From assembly GCF_964355755.1 (NCBI RefSeq), contig NC_092678.1:17501365-17565364 (forward strand): a stretch of 64,000 nucleotides of DNA. Reading direction: 5' to 3'. This document shows, in pieces, positions 25,687 to 38,205 of the stretch (its first letter is position 1; the number at the start of each line of letters is the position of its first letter). The notes under the pieces were generated by a model. That model was given only the letters and a program-made list of their open reading frames with translations, did not search any database and was not told the DNA's origin. This DNA is from Antedon mediterranea. Taxonomy: Eukaryota; Animalia; Echinodermata. The translations under genes were made by a program, and so were the position numbers.

Positions 25687-26372
25687 AGCGAAATACTGTA
25701 ACTCCACGTAAAAATAGACGAAACAACTGGAAAGGTCACAAAAAACAGTCCCTCTTCTTACAATGTCTAAAAAGAAACGGCTCTAAAATATCAAAAACAA
25801 AACTATTGTACCAAACAAAAAGAACAATGAACAAAAGAAATTAGGATATACTAAACAAAGGCAACCTATGCAATGGTAAAACCGCCTAAAAATAACAATA
25901 GCAATCCTCAAACAAAGAACTACCTTCACTAATATATTTAAAATACAAATTCATCACCAACTACAATTATAACCCCAGGCCAAAACGAAAACCCCGCCAA
26001 AATAACAAACCCCCTTCTCTAACAAAGAATGACCTTTCGCTAATTAATATTACAATAACAGGAAATTAAACAATAGAAAATATAATATATACCCTGGGGA
26101 TATGACATTCCTTTCCGGTCTGGTACAAAGAATGACCTTTCACTAATTATTATTACAATACCTAGAAATTAAACAATAGAAATATGAAATATGCCCTGGG
26201 GGTACATTACGGCCTGAAGTCCTACATCTACTACTAGAGAGAGATGTAAAGTGTACAGCAGAATAAAATAAAAGACCAATAAAAAAGAATAAAATGTTAC
26301 TTAGTTTTGTGGATTGTCAGTGTTAAGGTAAGATAACACAGTGCTGTGTATTCATATACTACTGTATATTAC

Positions 26373-26526
26373 CGTAAAATCTTCAGTGCTTCTTGTCGAA
26401 TCCATCGGACACATCAACTCTCGGAATTTTCCCTTTAATATTTCTTTACATGCTGCAAGGGTAACTCTCGGCTCGCAGACTTCAATTTTATAAACAAGGC
26501 AGCAAATGCGACGATGATCCGATTTC
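26373..26526 (-). pseudogene. Diverged hinge-region exon of a GRL101/RXFP-type LRR-GPCR
   Basis: After an AG acceptor the phase-2 frame reads KSDHRRICCLVYKIEVCEPRVTLAACKEILKGKFRELM, which resembles the type-C LGR hinge xDxxxCCxxxxVxxCxPxxxxxSSCxDLL. The following TM1 is not convincingly preserved. Confidence 0.55.
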
Positions 26527-26793
26527 CTATTTTTGGTGATGTATAAATAAAAACATGATATAGTTATTCACTTAGACCATGTATCAAGAAAAAATAATAA
26601 ATTTCCTGAAAAAACTGTAATTTATAGCCAAAAATTCAGATTGGCGTTTATGTTTTATAACTGAAAACATTTGTTTTTTTTCTTTATATTTTTAGTAGTA
26701 AACTTTATTCAAACTACAAATGACCTATTCATTTTTTATGTTTTTTTGTACAATACACATGTTATCGAAATATCTTGCTATATATCGACATAG

Positions 26794-26868
26794 TAATTCG
26801 ATAACGATGTCTTACCTGAATATACGTTCGTACTTTTAAGTCGATTAATTTGATTAGATTTAAGTTAT
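26794..26868 (-). pseudogene. Decayed LRR exon
   Basis: Reads *LKSNQINRLKSTNVYSGKTSLSN with an in-frame stop. The expected donor is CTATGT rather than GTATGT. Confidence 0.45.
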
Positions 26869-26921
26869 CTTATATCTTATGCGAAATTCATGTTACGAAT
26901 GAGAGTACGTTTATTGTAATA

Positions 26922-27054
26922 CATAATATAAAAATAACGCTTGAAAGAGAACGACGTTTCGACTCCATCATGGGGTCATTATCAAGTCCATTGATAATGA
27001 CCCCATGATGGAGTCGAAACGTCGTTCTCTTTTAAGCGTTATTTTTATATTATG
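26922..27054. repeat. 133-bp near-perfect palindrome, probably an inverted pLTR remnant of a Penelope-like element
   Basis: 64-bp arms with one mismatch and a 5-nt loop GTCCA. It contains GACGTTTCGAC...TTGATAATGACCCCATGATGGAGTCGAAACGTC. Confidence 0.65.
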
Positions 27055-27232
27055 AAATTCATGTTTTTAAGTTAATTTGATTAAAGTATGTGACCATCGG
27101 ATCAATAATCAATATCAATGTAAACTTTACACCGACTTGTAGGTTCATGTTTTTTTATAATAATTGTATATATTAATAAATTGCACACTTTTGACGATGA
27201 TCTTAGCTTTAAAAAACCAGGTGAATACTTAC

Positions 27233-27304
27233 AATTCGTTTATGTTGATCAAGTTTTCAAATGTACTATCTTTGTAATTTTTTAATTCGTTGCCTTGTAT
27301 CCAA
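27233..27304 (-). CDS. 72-bp phase 2-2 LRR exon (divergent type)
   Basis: TTTTTTTTGCAG | T TGG ATA CAA GGC AAC...GAA TT | GTAAGT, translating as WIQGNELKNYKDSTFENLININE(L). Confidence 0.65.
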
Positions 27305-29284
27305 CTGCAAAAAAAAATATTTTGAAATAAAAATGAGTAAAATATTCAGTGGTATTAGGTCATGAAGACATTTCTCATTTGTATGTCTTTAGTGGTTTAC
27401 CCTGTACGTTACTAACTTGGACGTAACGCATGGACGCTGTAAGTAAATTGACAAATTACGACAAAAAAATAGGTCATCCGAACTGTTTCTTGTGATTGGT
27501 CAACTCATTTGCGTTTTGCCTACGTCATTGCGTTGCGTCCAAGTGGAAACCTAGATCTGAAGTAGGCCCTACAGTAGTACATTTTATCCAGCAATTGAGT
27601 GTTTGCTACTCGGCAAGGTAAGGCATACTTCTTGTTTTCATTTTTTTCGTCTGTTCATTTTAGATATTATATCTAAGCCTATATATATTACTATTATAAT
27701 TTAAGCTAATTTCATTACAAAACAGACATATTTAACTAAACGTTATGACGTCATACTGTTATTTAAATATGCAAATAATTATACTTATAACATTTATATC
27801 TATCCGTGCTATCACTTAGAATATATTATGAGGCTTCAAGTGGTAAATGGCGGTCATTTTGAATGTATGTTAATTAACCCAATTTCTTTTTGGTAAACTT
27901 TAGATATGATGTTCATTTGGACCATATAAAGCAAACAAAACCAAACACCATTGTTGTTGCAATTTGTTCTAATATTGACTTATTAGTCTAGTAGGAAGGA
28001 GGGGTTACCGTGCACCCGCATGATGTATTTTTTTAATGTACATTTTTGTAATCCTGAATATATGTAATTAACATTTTTTGATGTTCCCAAGACGAAATAC
28101 TGTCCCATGGGGTTTTTTGGGGGCCATTTTGGTGGCCATCTTGGATTTATCAAAATCATAAATATAGACGGTACTTGACAAAGACTGATCATAGAGGTCT
28201 GATTTTGGTCTTAAATTGTTCAGAATATGCACATTTATATGTACTATAATGAAAAGTTTTTGTTCAAAATGACAGTAAATGCCACTTTTGACCTTTGGCC
28301 TTGTTTTTACATAAGGGTCATATCTGGGTAACCCCTGGTCATAAAGATTTTATTTTTGTCTTAAATTGTTCAGAATATCCATATTTATATTCGCTTTAAT
28401 GGAACATATTTTTGAAATTTGAAGGCAAATATCATTTTTGACCTTTGACATTATTGCATAACGATTTTCGCAATAATTTAGGTTATTTTTGTATTCGACC
28501 TATATCTTGACAACGAGTGATCATAGAGGTTTGATTTTGGTCTTATATTGTTCAGAATATGCACTTTCCTATGTACTATAATGAAACATTTTCATACAAA
28601 ATGACCGGAAATACAACTTTTGACCTTTGACCTCGTTTTTACATAAGGGTCATATCTCGTAAACCAATGGTCATAACGATTTTATTTTTGTTTTAAATTG
28701 TTCGGATTATCCATATTTATATAAGATTTAATGAAACATATTTTTGAAAGTTGGCAGGAAATACAACTTTTGACCTTTTACCTTGTTTCCACCTGAGGGT
28801 CATATCTCGGTAACCCCTGGTCATAAAGACTTTATTTTTGTCATAAATTGTTCAGAATATCCAGAAGTGAGGACCTCAATTTTTACAGAATTCTTATATA
28901 GTAAGAATGTTTCTGTTTTCAAAATAAAACTATGTATATGTAGGTCTACTTAACTACTCATTCAAAACCCATTTATCAAGTTACTGCAATAGATGTTCAG
29001 TCATCGTCCACCTCAAATTCAATTTCTTGTTCATCATCTTCATACTCTTTCAACTGGTCGTTTTCTCAACTAGATCAATAAGATGGGCTGAAAGAATAGG
29101 ACTGCATGACCAGACTGTCCTGTCACCATGCCCTTGTAGTTCATTCATACTAGTGTGATATCTTGTTTTAATGATTAAATGACAGTTTGGCAAGCCCTAC
29201 ATCAGGAAATTTCCAAATAAGAGGAAGTGCCTTCATCTAACCCTCTAAGGTCAAATGAATAGAGGACATATTCCTGGTCAACTT

Positions 29285-29790
29285 CATGATATACAAATTT
29301 ATGTTTCTGTCAAGCCCCGTCAGACTGAGATTCTGACCGCCGTAAAACGTTTAGAAGCATGCACTGCTGAGATTAGGACATGGATGGGCTTAAACTTCCT
29401 CAAGCTTAATGAAAAGACCGAGGCAATCGTATTTGGAGTGGATTTGCGTGTTCAATTTAAGATCCTGCTGGTGCTCCGATGCATAAATAGTTGCGCTCTC
29501 AAATACCTCTCAGAATGATCGACAATCAATAAGAGAAAGCGAGAACTAAGATCTAGTCATCAGGTGCTACTGGACATTCAGAGGCGCAAACATAGTTGGG
29601 GAGACCGGACTTTCAGTATTGCTGGACCTACAGTAGGTTCTGGAACCACCTATCTTTGAACATTAAACAAACATCATTATTGAGCACCTTTAAGTCACTA
29701 CTCAAAACTCACATTTTCTGATATTTTTGGTAGCACCATTAGCAATGACTGTTGGAATGGCGCTATATAAATCGAATGATTGATTGATTA
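29285..29790 (+). mobile_element. 5'-truncated, internally deleted L2/CR1-group LINE (RT C-terminus and 3' tail)
   Basis: DIQIYVS...RLEACTAEIRTWMGLNFLKLNEKTEAIVFG, then RVQFKILL, LRSS...WGDRTFSIAGP...WNHL...FKSLLKTHIF*. The tail is GCGCTATATAAAT followed by (GATT)n. Confidence 0.88.
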
Positions 29791-30294
29791 GTAGCATCTT
29801 CTGACCGCTTAGTATTTATTGTATTACTGTACTGAATACTCAGTAAATGGCTGTAGACAGGCAGCCCAGATACTGTACATTTGGTTAGATGAGCTAGGTA
29901 CTGTACCAATATCTGACTATTTAAGTGTGTTAATTGGAGGTCACTTGAAGTCAATGTAAATGGAAGTCTGCCGGGTACCCCCTGCTGCGTCTATACCGGG
30001 GGACACGAAAGGTGCTAACAAATCGGCACCAATTAGATGAGAGAGATACCACCTACTTTCACCACCATGGGATGCCCATTTGCATCCTATATACCAATAT
30101 CATATCACTAAACATTTTGTCCTCTGCAATAGGCCCACCAGACACATCCCCCCCCCTCCGAGGGAGGGCCTACAAATGGTGATAGCATAGCTGAGTGAGG
30201 TACCACTCAAAATTTATGCCAAATGAACAAGTTGTGTTCATACAATACTAAATGGGTAACGACAGACTAATTGTCTGCTGCATCGCAAGTGCCA

Positions 30295-30995
30295 GACACC
30301 CTAAAGTTCGACTAGAGACCCCCCTTCCCACAAATGGCCTAGATTAGATATTGTAGATACCACCAGCAGCCAATGTTATATGATTTAGCACATTGTAAGA
30401 AATACCAAATGACCTATTACAGACTATCTGTACACTGCCTTGGCCCTGGCAGACCCCTCTAAAGTTCGACTAGAGACCCCCCTTCCCACAAATGGCCTAG
30501 ATTAGATAATGTAGATACCACCAGCAGCCAATGTTATATGATTTAGCACATAGTAAGAAATACCAAATGACCTATTACAGACTATCTGTACACTGCCTTG
30601 GCCCTGGCAGACCCCTCTAAAGTTCAACTAACGACCCCCTTCTCCTAACTAGCCTAGCTTAGATATTGTAGATACCACCAGCAACCAATGTTACAGTATA
30701 TGATTTAGCACATTGTAAGGAATACCAAATTACCTCTATTACAAACTATCTGTACACTGCCTTGGCCCTGGCAGACCCCTCTAAATTTTGACTAGAGACC
30801 CTCTTCCTCCAACTAGTCTAGCTTAGATATTGTAGATACCACCAGCAACCAATGTTATATGATTTAGCACATTGTAAGGAATACCAACCTATTACAAACT
30901 ATCTGTACCCTGCCTTGGCCCTGGCAGACCCTCTAAAGTTTGACCATAAGTATACCGTGCGTAACCTTAGATATTGTAGATACCACCAGCAATCA
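30295..30995. repeat. Tandem repeat, about 158-bp unit, about 4.5 copies
   Basis: CTAAAGTTCGACTAGAGACCCC-like starts occur near 30301, 30459, 30617, 30781 and 30933. Confidence 0.9.
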
Positions 30996-31002
30996 AGGCC
31001 AA

Positions 31003-31400
31003 CATTAAAAGTCTTTCGGAGATGGCCTTGTGAGAAACACTCATCCACTAAATATAAAAATTTGGGTCCGATATTGGTCTTTACGTTCTTGCTGTACGGA
31101 GGGAGGATTGAACCAAATGATGTTTCTGTTTCGGGTTTTCTTTTGGTTGCTTGTTCAGGTGTAGCTCATGTTCATATCCACTATTTCTAAGTGCTTCTTG
31201 GTACTGAGGTATTGCTGCATTAAACGAATTTTCATCGGATGAGATGTTTGAGAGTCGTTTATTTATTGCTAGTGGTATATTGCGTAATTGGTGGCCGATG
31301 ATTACTTTCACGATGTACATATAATGGCGTATTGTTTCGTTTGGTGTATATGGGTGAAAGGTATCTGTCCTCAGATCGAGTGTTATGTCAAGAATACCAT
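31003..31400 (-). mobile_element. Penelope-like retroelement fragment (RT thumb/linker)
   Basis: LDITLDLRTDTFHPY...NIPLAINKRLSNISSDENSFNAAIPQYQEALRNSGY, then a frameshifted [29 protein letters not shown]. These are characteristic PLE motifs. Confidence 0.88.
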
Positions 31401-34400
31401 CCACGTGTAAAATACAATTATCCCCTTTTCTTTCCCTAAATTTTCCATTATTTAATGAAGAATAGAATTTGATTAGAATGTATTTTTGTAGCCGTCTATC
31501 AGTACTGTTTCCAAAATAAATTAAGATTATGAAGATGTTGACATTAATTTTGTTATTGTTTCTTCCAATTGGACAATAAACACATTCTATTGGATAAAAG
31601 TTGTTTGCAGACCTAAAAGTAGCCACCTTTAATTATGAATAATTATGTAATGAAACGTGTTATCAGACACTTTTTTTTATTATTATTTATCAGATACTTT
31701 TTTCTAATTTGAGAATTGTTAAGAATTCTCGCATTATATGTAAATTATATTTAAATAGGGGTCAAAGGTAAAAAATGACATTTATTGTCAGTTTTTGAGG
31801 ATAAATCATCATTAGAGTGGATAGCATGTATATTCAAAAGTTTTTTATAAAGTCTGTAATTTTCCCTTTTTCTCAGCATGTTGTTATTTTATTTACATCT
31901 TTTAAATTTATTTTTACTTTAAAACAGAAAAAATTCTTACTGTATGTGAATTCTGTGGAAGGTGTTAAATGTGACAATTGATAGTAACACTTATGATCAT
32001 TGTTTTAAATAAATATTCATTAGAGTGGATAGAAATATGTATGTTTTGAACAATCTTAGACAAAAAAAATTTGTTACCGAGATATGGCCCTCAAGTGAAA
32101 ATAAGGTCAAAAGTTGTATTTCATTAAATGTTATATAAATATGGATATTCTGAACAATTTATGACAAAAATAAAGTCTTTATGACCAGGGGTTACCGAGA
32201 TATGACCCTCTGGTGGAAATAATGTCAAAGGTCAAAAGTGATATTTTCCATCAAATTTCAAAAATATGTTTCATTAAAGCTAATATAAATATGGATACTC
32301 CAAACAATTTAAAACAAAAATAAAATCTTTATGACCAGGGGTTACCAAGATATGACCCTTATGTAAAAATAAGGTCAAAAGTGGCATTTACGGTCATTTT
32401 GAACAAAAACTTTTCATTATAGTACATAGAAAAGTGCATATTCTGAACAATTTAAGACCAAAATCAGACCTCTATGATCAGTCTTTGTCAAGTACCGTCT
32501 ATATTTATGATTTTGATAAATCCAAGATGGCCACCAAAATGGCCCCCAAAAACCCCCATGGGACAATATTTCGTCTTGGGAACATCAAAAAATGTTAATT
32601 ACATATATTCAGGATTACAAAAATGTACATTAAAAAAATACATCATGGGGGTGCACGGTAACCCCTCCTTCCTACCCTACTAGATACAATGACCTCATGG
32701 CAATGTTTTAAAGACGCCGTTGTGTGCTCATATGCGGGTTCATGCCTATGACCAGGGTGACACTGTGTTAAATATGGCAAACATCATATTTGAAAAAGAA
32801 AGCAATGAAATGTTTAGTGAGAGAAAGGAAACTGCATGTGTTGTGTATTGCTTTTAGACATAAACAGGTACCTCCGTACGAGAATCGGGTGTCCAACGGA
32901 CGAGTACCATGTATGTATATCGAAAACAAAGCTATTATAAAATGTATTTTGCAGACTATGTCTACGACACATAATCTGTTGTATGGCAAAGTTACTAAAA
33001 GAATTAATGAATATGATTCCGATAATTGTACAGAGCATCAAACAACTACATGTGGATTATTAAAAATGTTGACAAACATGGCGTTTCATACGTATTATGG
33101 TACGTGTACACACTGTATAGAAAACATCGAAACGCGACAACAGAAAAAAGACAATAACAGAGACTTGGGACAAGTCTATACAGTATTAACTTACAGTTTT
33201 GAAAGTGATGAAGCAAAAGCAGAAAATGCACCTTGATCTATGGTAGTTATATCGTTATCATATAAATACCTGCAAATATTGAAAAAAAAAGACACACATT
33301 TCAAACGGATTGATTTAAAACAATATTAATAATAATACTGTACAACAATACAATAAATAGATAACCACTACATTTGTCTGCTATATTTCACAGTACAGTT
33401 ATTTGTATTCAGCATTTCAGTGGGCAATTTAGACTTCGTTTGGCACTCGAAACAATGTCAAATGAAAGGCAAGCTAATATTGCCATGAGGAGGTGCAAAT
33501 CTGAGGGAGAGGGGAAAATGTAATGTGTAAAAACAGATATCACCTCACCTTTATTTATAAAATTTGAAAATCAGAAAAAAGGGGAGAATGTAGTGTATTA
33601 TTTGTTGTTGTTGACAGATGCCTAAACTCTAGAAAATGATAAATTAAGTTTATCTTACGGACGGATAACGCTAATAATAACAATTATTAATTCATAGTTA
33701 TGCTTTATAGCTTTTTGGTTTTTTTTTTTGTGCACTTAGAAGAACTTATTTAAAGTGCATTTTAAGTATTGTTTTTCTTCTAGATTATTTCAGTCATCAC
33801 AATAGTTAATGTTTGTTTTATTTGGAGGTTCAGACATAAACACAAAGTACAAATGTATATAGTGCACTATGCTGTGTGGAATAAAACTGAAACTGAATGT
33901 ACGTACCACCACATTAGGTAACCGATGCGCCCTCATTATGACGTTTGTTATAAGAGAAAGATACAAACCATGTGTTGCGCGTGCGAATAAAGAACAAGTG
34001 CAGCTATTCCACCGTACGGAGGGAAAGATAACCAATGCCTCTCATAACAACATTATTTTTCATTTAATAATATGTACTAATAATGTTAATAACAACTAGA
34101 TTTGAACTCGTAACTATGGACGAGTTAGGTTATCCGCAGCGAAAATGCCACGTGTACGTCATACTTTAGAATATTGCACACAGAAAAACGATTACGCTAT
34201 TGAAAAAATGTTAGTGTGCTCTCTATTATATGTTACGGCTAAGTATATAGAGTATACACTATATATCTGTATACGTACTACAACCAGTGCAGAATAGGTG
34301 AAAATACCGGGACCCGCTTTGTCATCCAATTTTTACCATGATGATGTCATCAAAATGAAACACGTAGATAGCAATTTTGGAAGGAAATTATCTGAGCAAC

Positions 34401-34748
34401 AACATATCGTGTTGAATAAATTTGGATACGTAGAATACGGAAGCGCGCTCTTTTAAATGTCATGAACAATGACGCAAAATATGAAATTACGACTTTTATA
34501 ATTGAACTGGCCATATGTTGAAGTCACAACATCCGATTCGCATAATTTGTACATGATTTCCAGCTTCCAGAAAACGTTTTAATCATGTGTATCACTTTTT
34601 ATTCTGAGGAGCTATAATAAATTTAAATTTATTGGAATGATGAAAAAAAGTGATCAAAGTTATTCACGCTTTTGAACATGATGAAGTCATCACAATTTTA
34701 AAAATTGTAAATCATGCGAAAGATAATTGATTTACCTACACAATATAA

Positions 34749-35466
34749 AACAAGGCCAACAGCCATTAAGTCGCGTGCTACAATGCATGGTGATACCGGA
34801 CCGACAGACAAACAGACCGACATACAGACAGACCGACAGACAGACGGACCGACCGACATAGTGAACTATACTGACCGAAATTACTGAACATGTTTAAAAA
34901 TGTTGAAATGTTTAAAAACATTTATATTTTTTTTAATTTACACGTGCGTAGCCTGTCACTTTTGACGTGCTCGTATAACGTAATTTCGAGTTGAAAAGTA
35001 AGTCAAGAAAACAGAAATCGGGCAAAAAAAGTGCGCAATAACATTTAACTTATTTCATCGAAAATAAATTTTGAAAATTTTAAGCGCGCGTACGCATGCG
35101 TTACATGCGCTACGCACGTTATTGTATTGCCATATGATGATTTATGCCCTGAAATTTATGAGTACCAAATTTTATTTAATTGTGATTCATGGTTGTTAAG
35201 ATATGATTACAAACGTGATTTCGTTAAATCGTGCGTAGACCGCGTAATTTTTTATTGCGCACCGTGAAAACATAACCACATCGATTCCTGGCCATAAGGA
35301 ATATTCTGTGAAAAATTGACTTAGCTAGATTAAACTGATATCAAGATAAGGTCATAAAGCGATAAAACGCATAGTGATACCGGACCGACAGACAGACAGA
35401 CAGACCGACAGACAGACCGACCGACCAACATAGTGAACTATAGAGTCGCTTCCACGCGACTAAAAA
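34749..35466 (-). mobile_element. Helentron-associated non-autonomous element (HINE/DINE-1-like)
   Basis: The minus strand starts TTTTTAGTCGCGTGGAAGCGACT, carries (GTCY/GTCG)n microsatellites and ends CACGCGACTTAATGGCTGTTGGCCTTGTT. It is absent from the paralogous A-run at 58131-58148. Confidence 0.8.
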
Positions 35467-35994
35467 TGGTGAGAAATGGAATATGGATAAGTGGAAATGC
35501 GTTCTATTAAATGTGAGGAGCTATGACAAAAGAGACAAAAATCCTATATTTTATATTCGAGTGGCCATACGATGACGTCACAATGTCTAGTTAGCCATAT
35601 TGATACATGATCCGATATCAACAACTCATCTACTTCCAGAATATGTAAAAAAATAAACTTCACCATGTAGTTTAAAAACTATGACTGTTTAAAAAAAGGC
35701 ATAATTATGACGATTTATTTTACTTTTTCAGCAAAAACGAGCGCAAATTGTCCAATTCGACGTGCTCGTATGACGTGATTTTAAGTCGAAATTGTTTGAA
35801 AGCTGGTAAAATTACTAGAAAATGCTGGAAAAACATAAATCACGCGAAAAAAATTACATTTACTAATAATGATAATAATAATTATACGAATAGAGCAAAG
35901 GGTAAAAAATAAAATAATATGACAATAAGTGTGGTTATCTTACAACGAAAATATACTATTTTCAAAAGTATGATAAACAAGAGAAAGCACTAAC

Positions 35995-36066
35995 AGTGTT
36001 GTCAATGATTTCAAACCATCAAAGACGTTTTCTGGTAATGTAGTTATTTGGTTATCGCCCAAATCC
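35995..36066 (-). CDS. 72-bp phase 2-2 LRR exon
   Basis: TTTTTCAG | ... | GTTAGT, translating as DLGDNQITTLPENVFDGLKSLTT(L). Confidence 0.85.
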
Positions 36067-36218
36067 CTGAAAAACGTGAAAAAATTCTGTAATTAAGTAT
36101 ATATACAGTACCAAAGGATAGTTCGATAAAAACAAATTATTATTTAAATTTCGAAATACAAACAAAATATAAAAACACATCCCTATCTATATTGTGCCAA
36201 CAGAGGCCATAAACAGCT

Positions 36219-37911
36219 TCTATATATAAATTTACGTAAGGGCAAAATTCGGTAAATCGCGCCTTACTTCTAGAATTTTTACTCGATGGTATATAAAGTT
36301 GGTTCGTACTTTCGGTACTGATTTTAACCACCTGATGTAACCCTGTTTACTAATTAAATTAAGTTAGATAATTAGTTATTGACGATTATTCGGTAAATCG
36401 CGCCTTACTTCTAGAATTTTTACTCGATGGTATATAAAGTTGGTTCGTACTTTCGGTACTGATTTTAACCACCTGATGTAACCCTGTTTACTAATTAAAT
36501 TAAGTTAGATAATTAGTTATTGACGATTAAAACGAATTTAGGTTCAACGATTTGCCCCAAATAGGGGTGTTTTCCGATCGTGGTATACACTGTCTAATGG
36601 ATGTCCATCTTGAAAAATACCCGCCACAAAAATGCGAGGAGGCTTCGCATTTTCCTATCTCCTCCTACGATAATTGTTTTTAATAGCTGAAAACCGGTTG
36701 AACAGTTCGAGTACAGCATCATAATGTTGAAGATTTTCTTTAAAAAATACTATTTTGATACATTTAATATACGTTTTTACAAATGTATTGATTTGTGATG
36801 AATGGAACATTCCAAATTATTTGGTTTAACAATACAGGTATATATTTAGATTTATGGGCCCCCTTGGAGAATAAACATAAATAGTATTGCAATGCTGTAC
36901 AATACTGTGTTAAGGTATTAACCACTTTTGATCGCAATTTGAATGGCAAATTTCTTACTGTGAGGGTTGGTACTGTTAGATGTAATATAAAAATATATAC
37001 AAATAAACTTTATTACTGTGAATGTGGGTAGGCCCTACTGTTAGATTATAAACATATAATATACAAATAAACATTCCAAATTATTTGGTTTAACCATAGA
37101 GGTATAGATTTAGATTTATGGGCCCCCTTGGAGAATAAACATAAATAGTATTGCAATGCTGTACAATACTGTTAAGGTATTAACCACTTTTGATCCCAAT
37201 TTGAATCGCAAATTTCTTACTGTGAGTGTTGGTACTGTTAGATGTAATATAAAAATATATACAAATAAATTTTATTACTGTGAGTGTGGGTAGGCCCTAC
37301 TGTTAGATTATAAACATATAATATACAAATAAATAAACGTTATTACTGACAGTTGCTTCTCAACGTTTGTATTAATTAATAATTTAAAATTATATAAACG
37401 TCGTAGTGGTGTATCGTTACATGTACTTTACTATTTCAATCGACTATGACAGTGAGAGTTTTAACAAAGTACCGTATTAAATCGTAAATGTTTTACTGTA
37501 TTTAGTGGTATATTATTTATAGGCCTATAAAACATTAAAAACAATATTTCGTTACTGAGTGGATAAGAATATATTTTAAAATGTTTCCTCTTTGTACCTA
37601 TCTTCTTCCCCCATCCCTCAACCCTTAATGTTACATACAAAACACAAATTGGGTTTGTTTAAATGAGTCCAAATAAAAAAATTTGACTCATTTTGTTTCT
37701 CTCTCGGAAGTAATTCCCAGGGTGCTAATTTTGGTTGACTACATAAATCATTGTGTATATTTATTCGTTTCTGTAAACGACAATGTATTATAGTCCTGCG
37801 GTACGTACATTTGAAATCTCCATTTTTTTATCGCTGGAAATACTGTGTATTCGAGAACCATCTGTGGGCACGACCTAGATGGTACGCGAGCGAAGCGAGC
37901 GTGCCATCTAG
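36219..37911 (+). mobile_element. Non-autonomous Helitron
   Basis: Starts TCTATATATAAA and ends CATCTAG, with a terminal hairpin CTAGATGGTACG...CGTGCCATCTAG enclosing GCGAAGC and no TSD. The paralogous empty site AAACGGCT|TATATCTAA is at about 58628-58644. It has internal tandem duplications. Confidence 0.8.
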
Positions 37912-38149
37912 TATATCTAATTAGGCGTGTCACTCCAGCAGTGAAGCCAGTACAGGGTATATACAAGGACATAATAATATTTGTTTAATGTTACTTTTGC
38001 TCGTATTATCATTAGTTGAATGTTTTAGCTGTTTTTCTTTAACTGCTTTTACATGATATAACTATGTTTTATCTGGATTTACTGTAATCATGTTGTAATT
38101 TCTTTAATATCTACGATACAATACAACAGTTAAAAGTATTATAAACAAG

Positions 38150-38205
38150 TGAAACATTCGAACACATTTGCTGGTAATGTTGTTATTTGGTTATTGGCCA
38201 ACCAC
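38150..38205 (-). pseudogene. Truncated LRR exon (donor deleted)
   Basis: TTTTCAG | WLANNQITTLPANVFE, then the sequence jumps into intron sequence with no GTGAGT. Confidence 0.7.

Larger units (their letters stand above)
12536..26235. mobile_element. Non-autonomous, near-fully palindromic Maverick/Polinton derivative
   Basis: Termini are AGTAGTAGATGTAGG and CCTACATCTACTACT, with a 6-bp direct repeat AGAGAG at 12530-12535 and 26236-26241. Arms 12536-18804 and 19963-26235 are near-identical reverse complements (mirror ORF coordinates sum to 38771). About 95-bp subterminal repeats lie at 12560-12750. No pPolB, integrase, capsid, ATPase or protease ORF is present. Confidence 0.85.
27984..32682. 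mobile_element. Long-TIR non-autonomous DNA transposon (Academ-like TAGT...ACTA ends) with nested retroelement debris
   Basis: About 27984-28900 and 31900-32682 are inverted copies (mirror ORFs 27983-28192 and 32474-32683). It shares the modular TGACCTTTGA subrepeats of 3152-6157. The flanks TAT/GAT give only an imperfect 3-bp TSD. Confidence 0.8.

Noticed and set aside
12536-26235. Palindrome as a sequencing or assembly fold-back artefact
   Set aside because: Unique flanks on both sides, a 6-bp TSD, point differences between the arms and a one-sided 855-bp deletion argue for a real structure, although reads should confirm it.
32790-33236. 148-aa ORF and its shorter copies at 41557 and 56415
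   Set aside because: The frame is not preserved between copies and no domain is recognisable; it recurs only because the DNA is duplicated.
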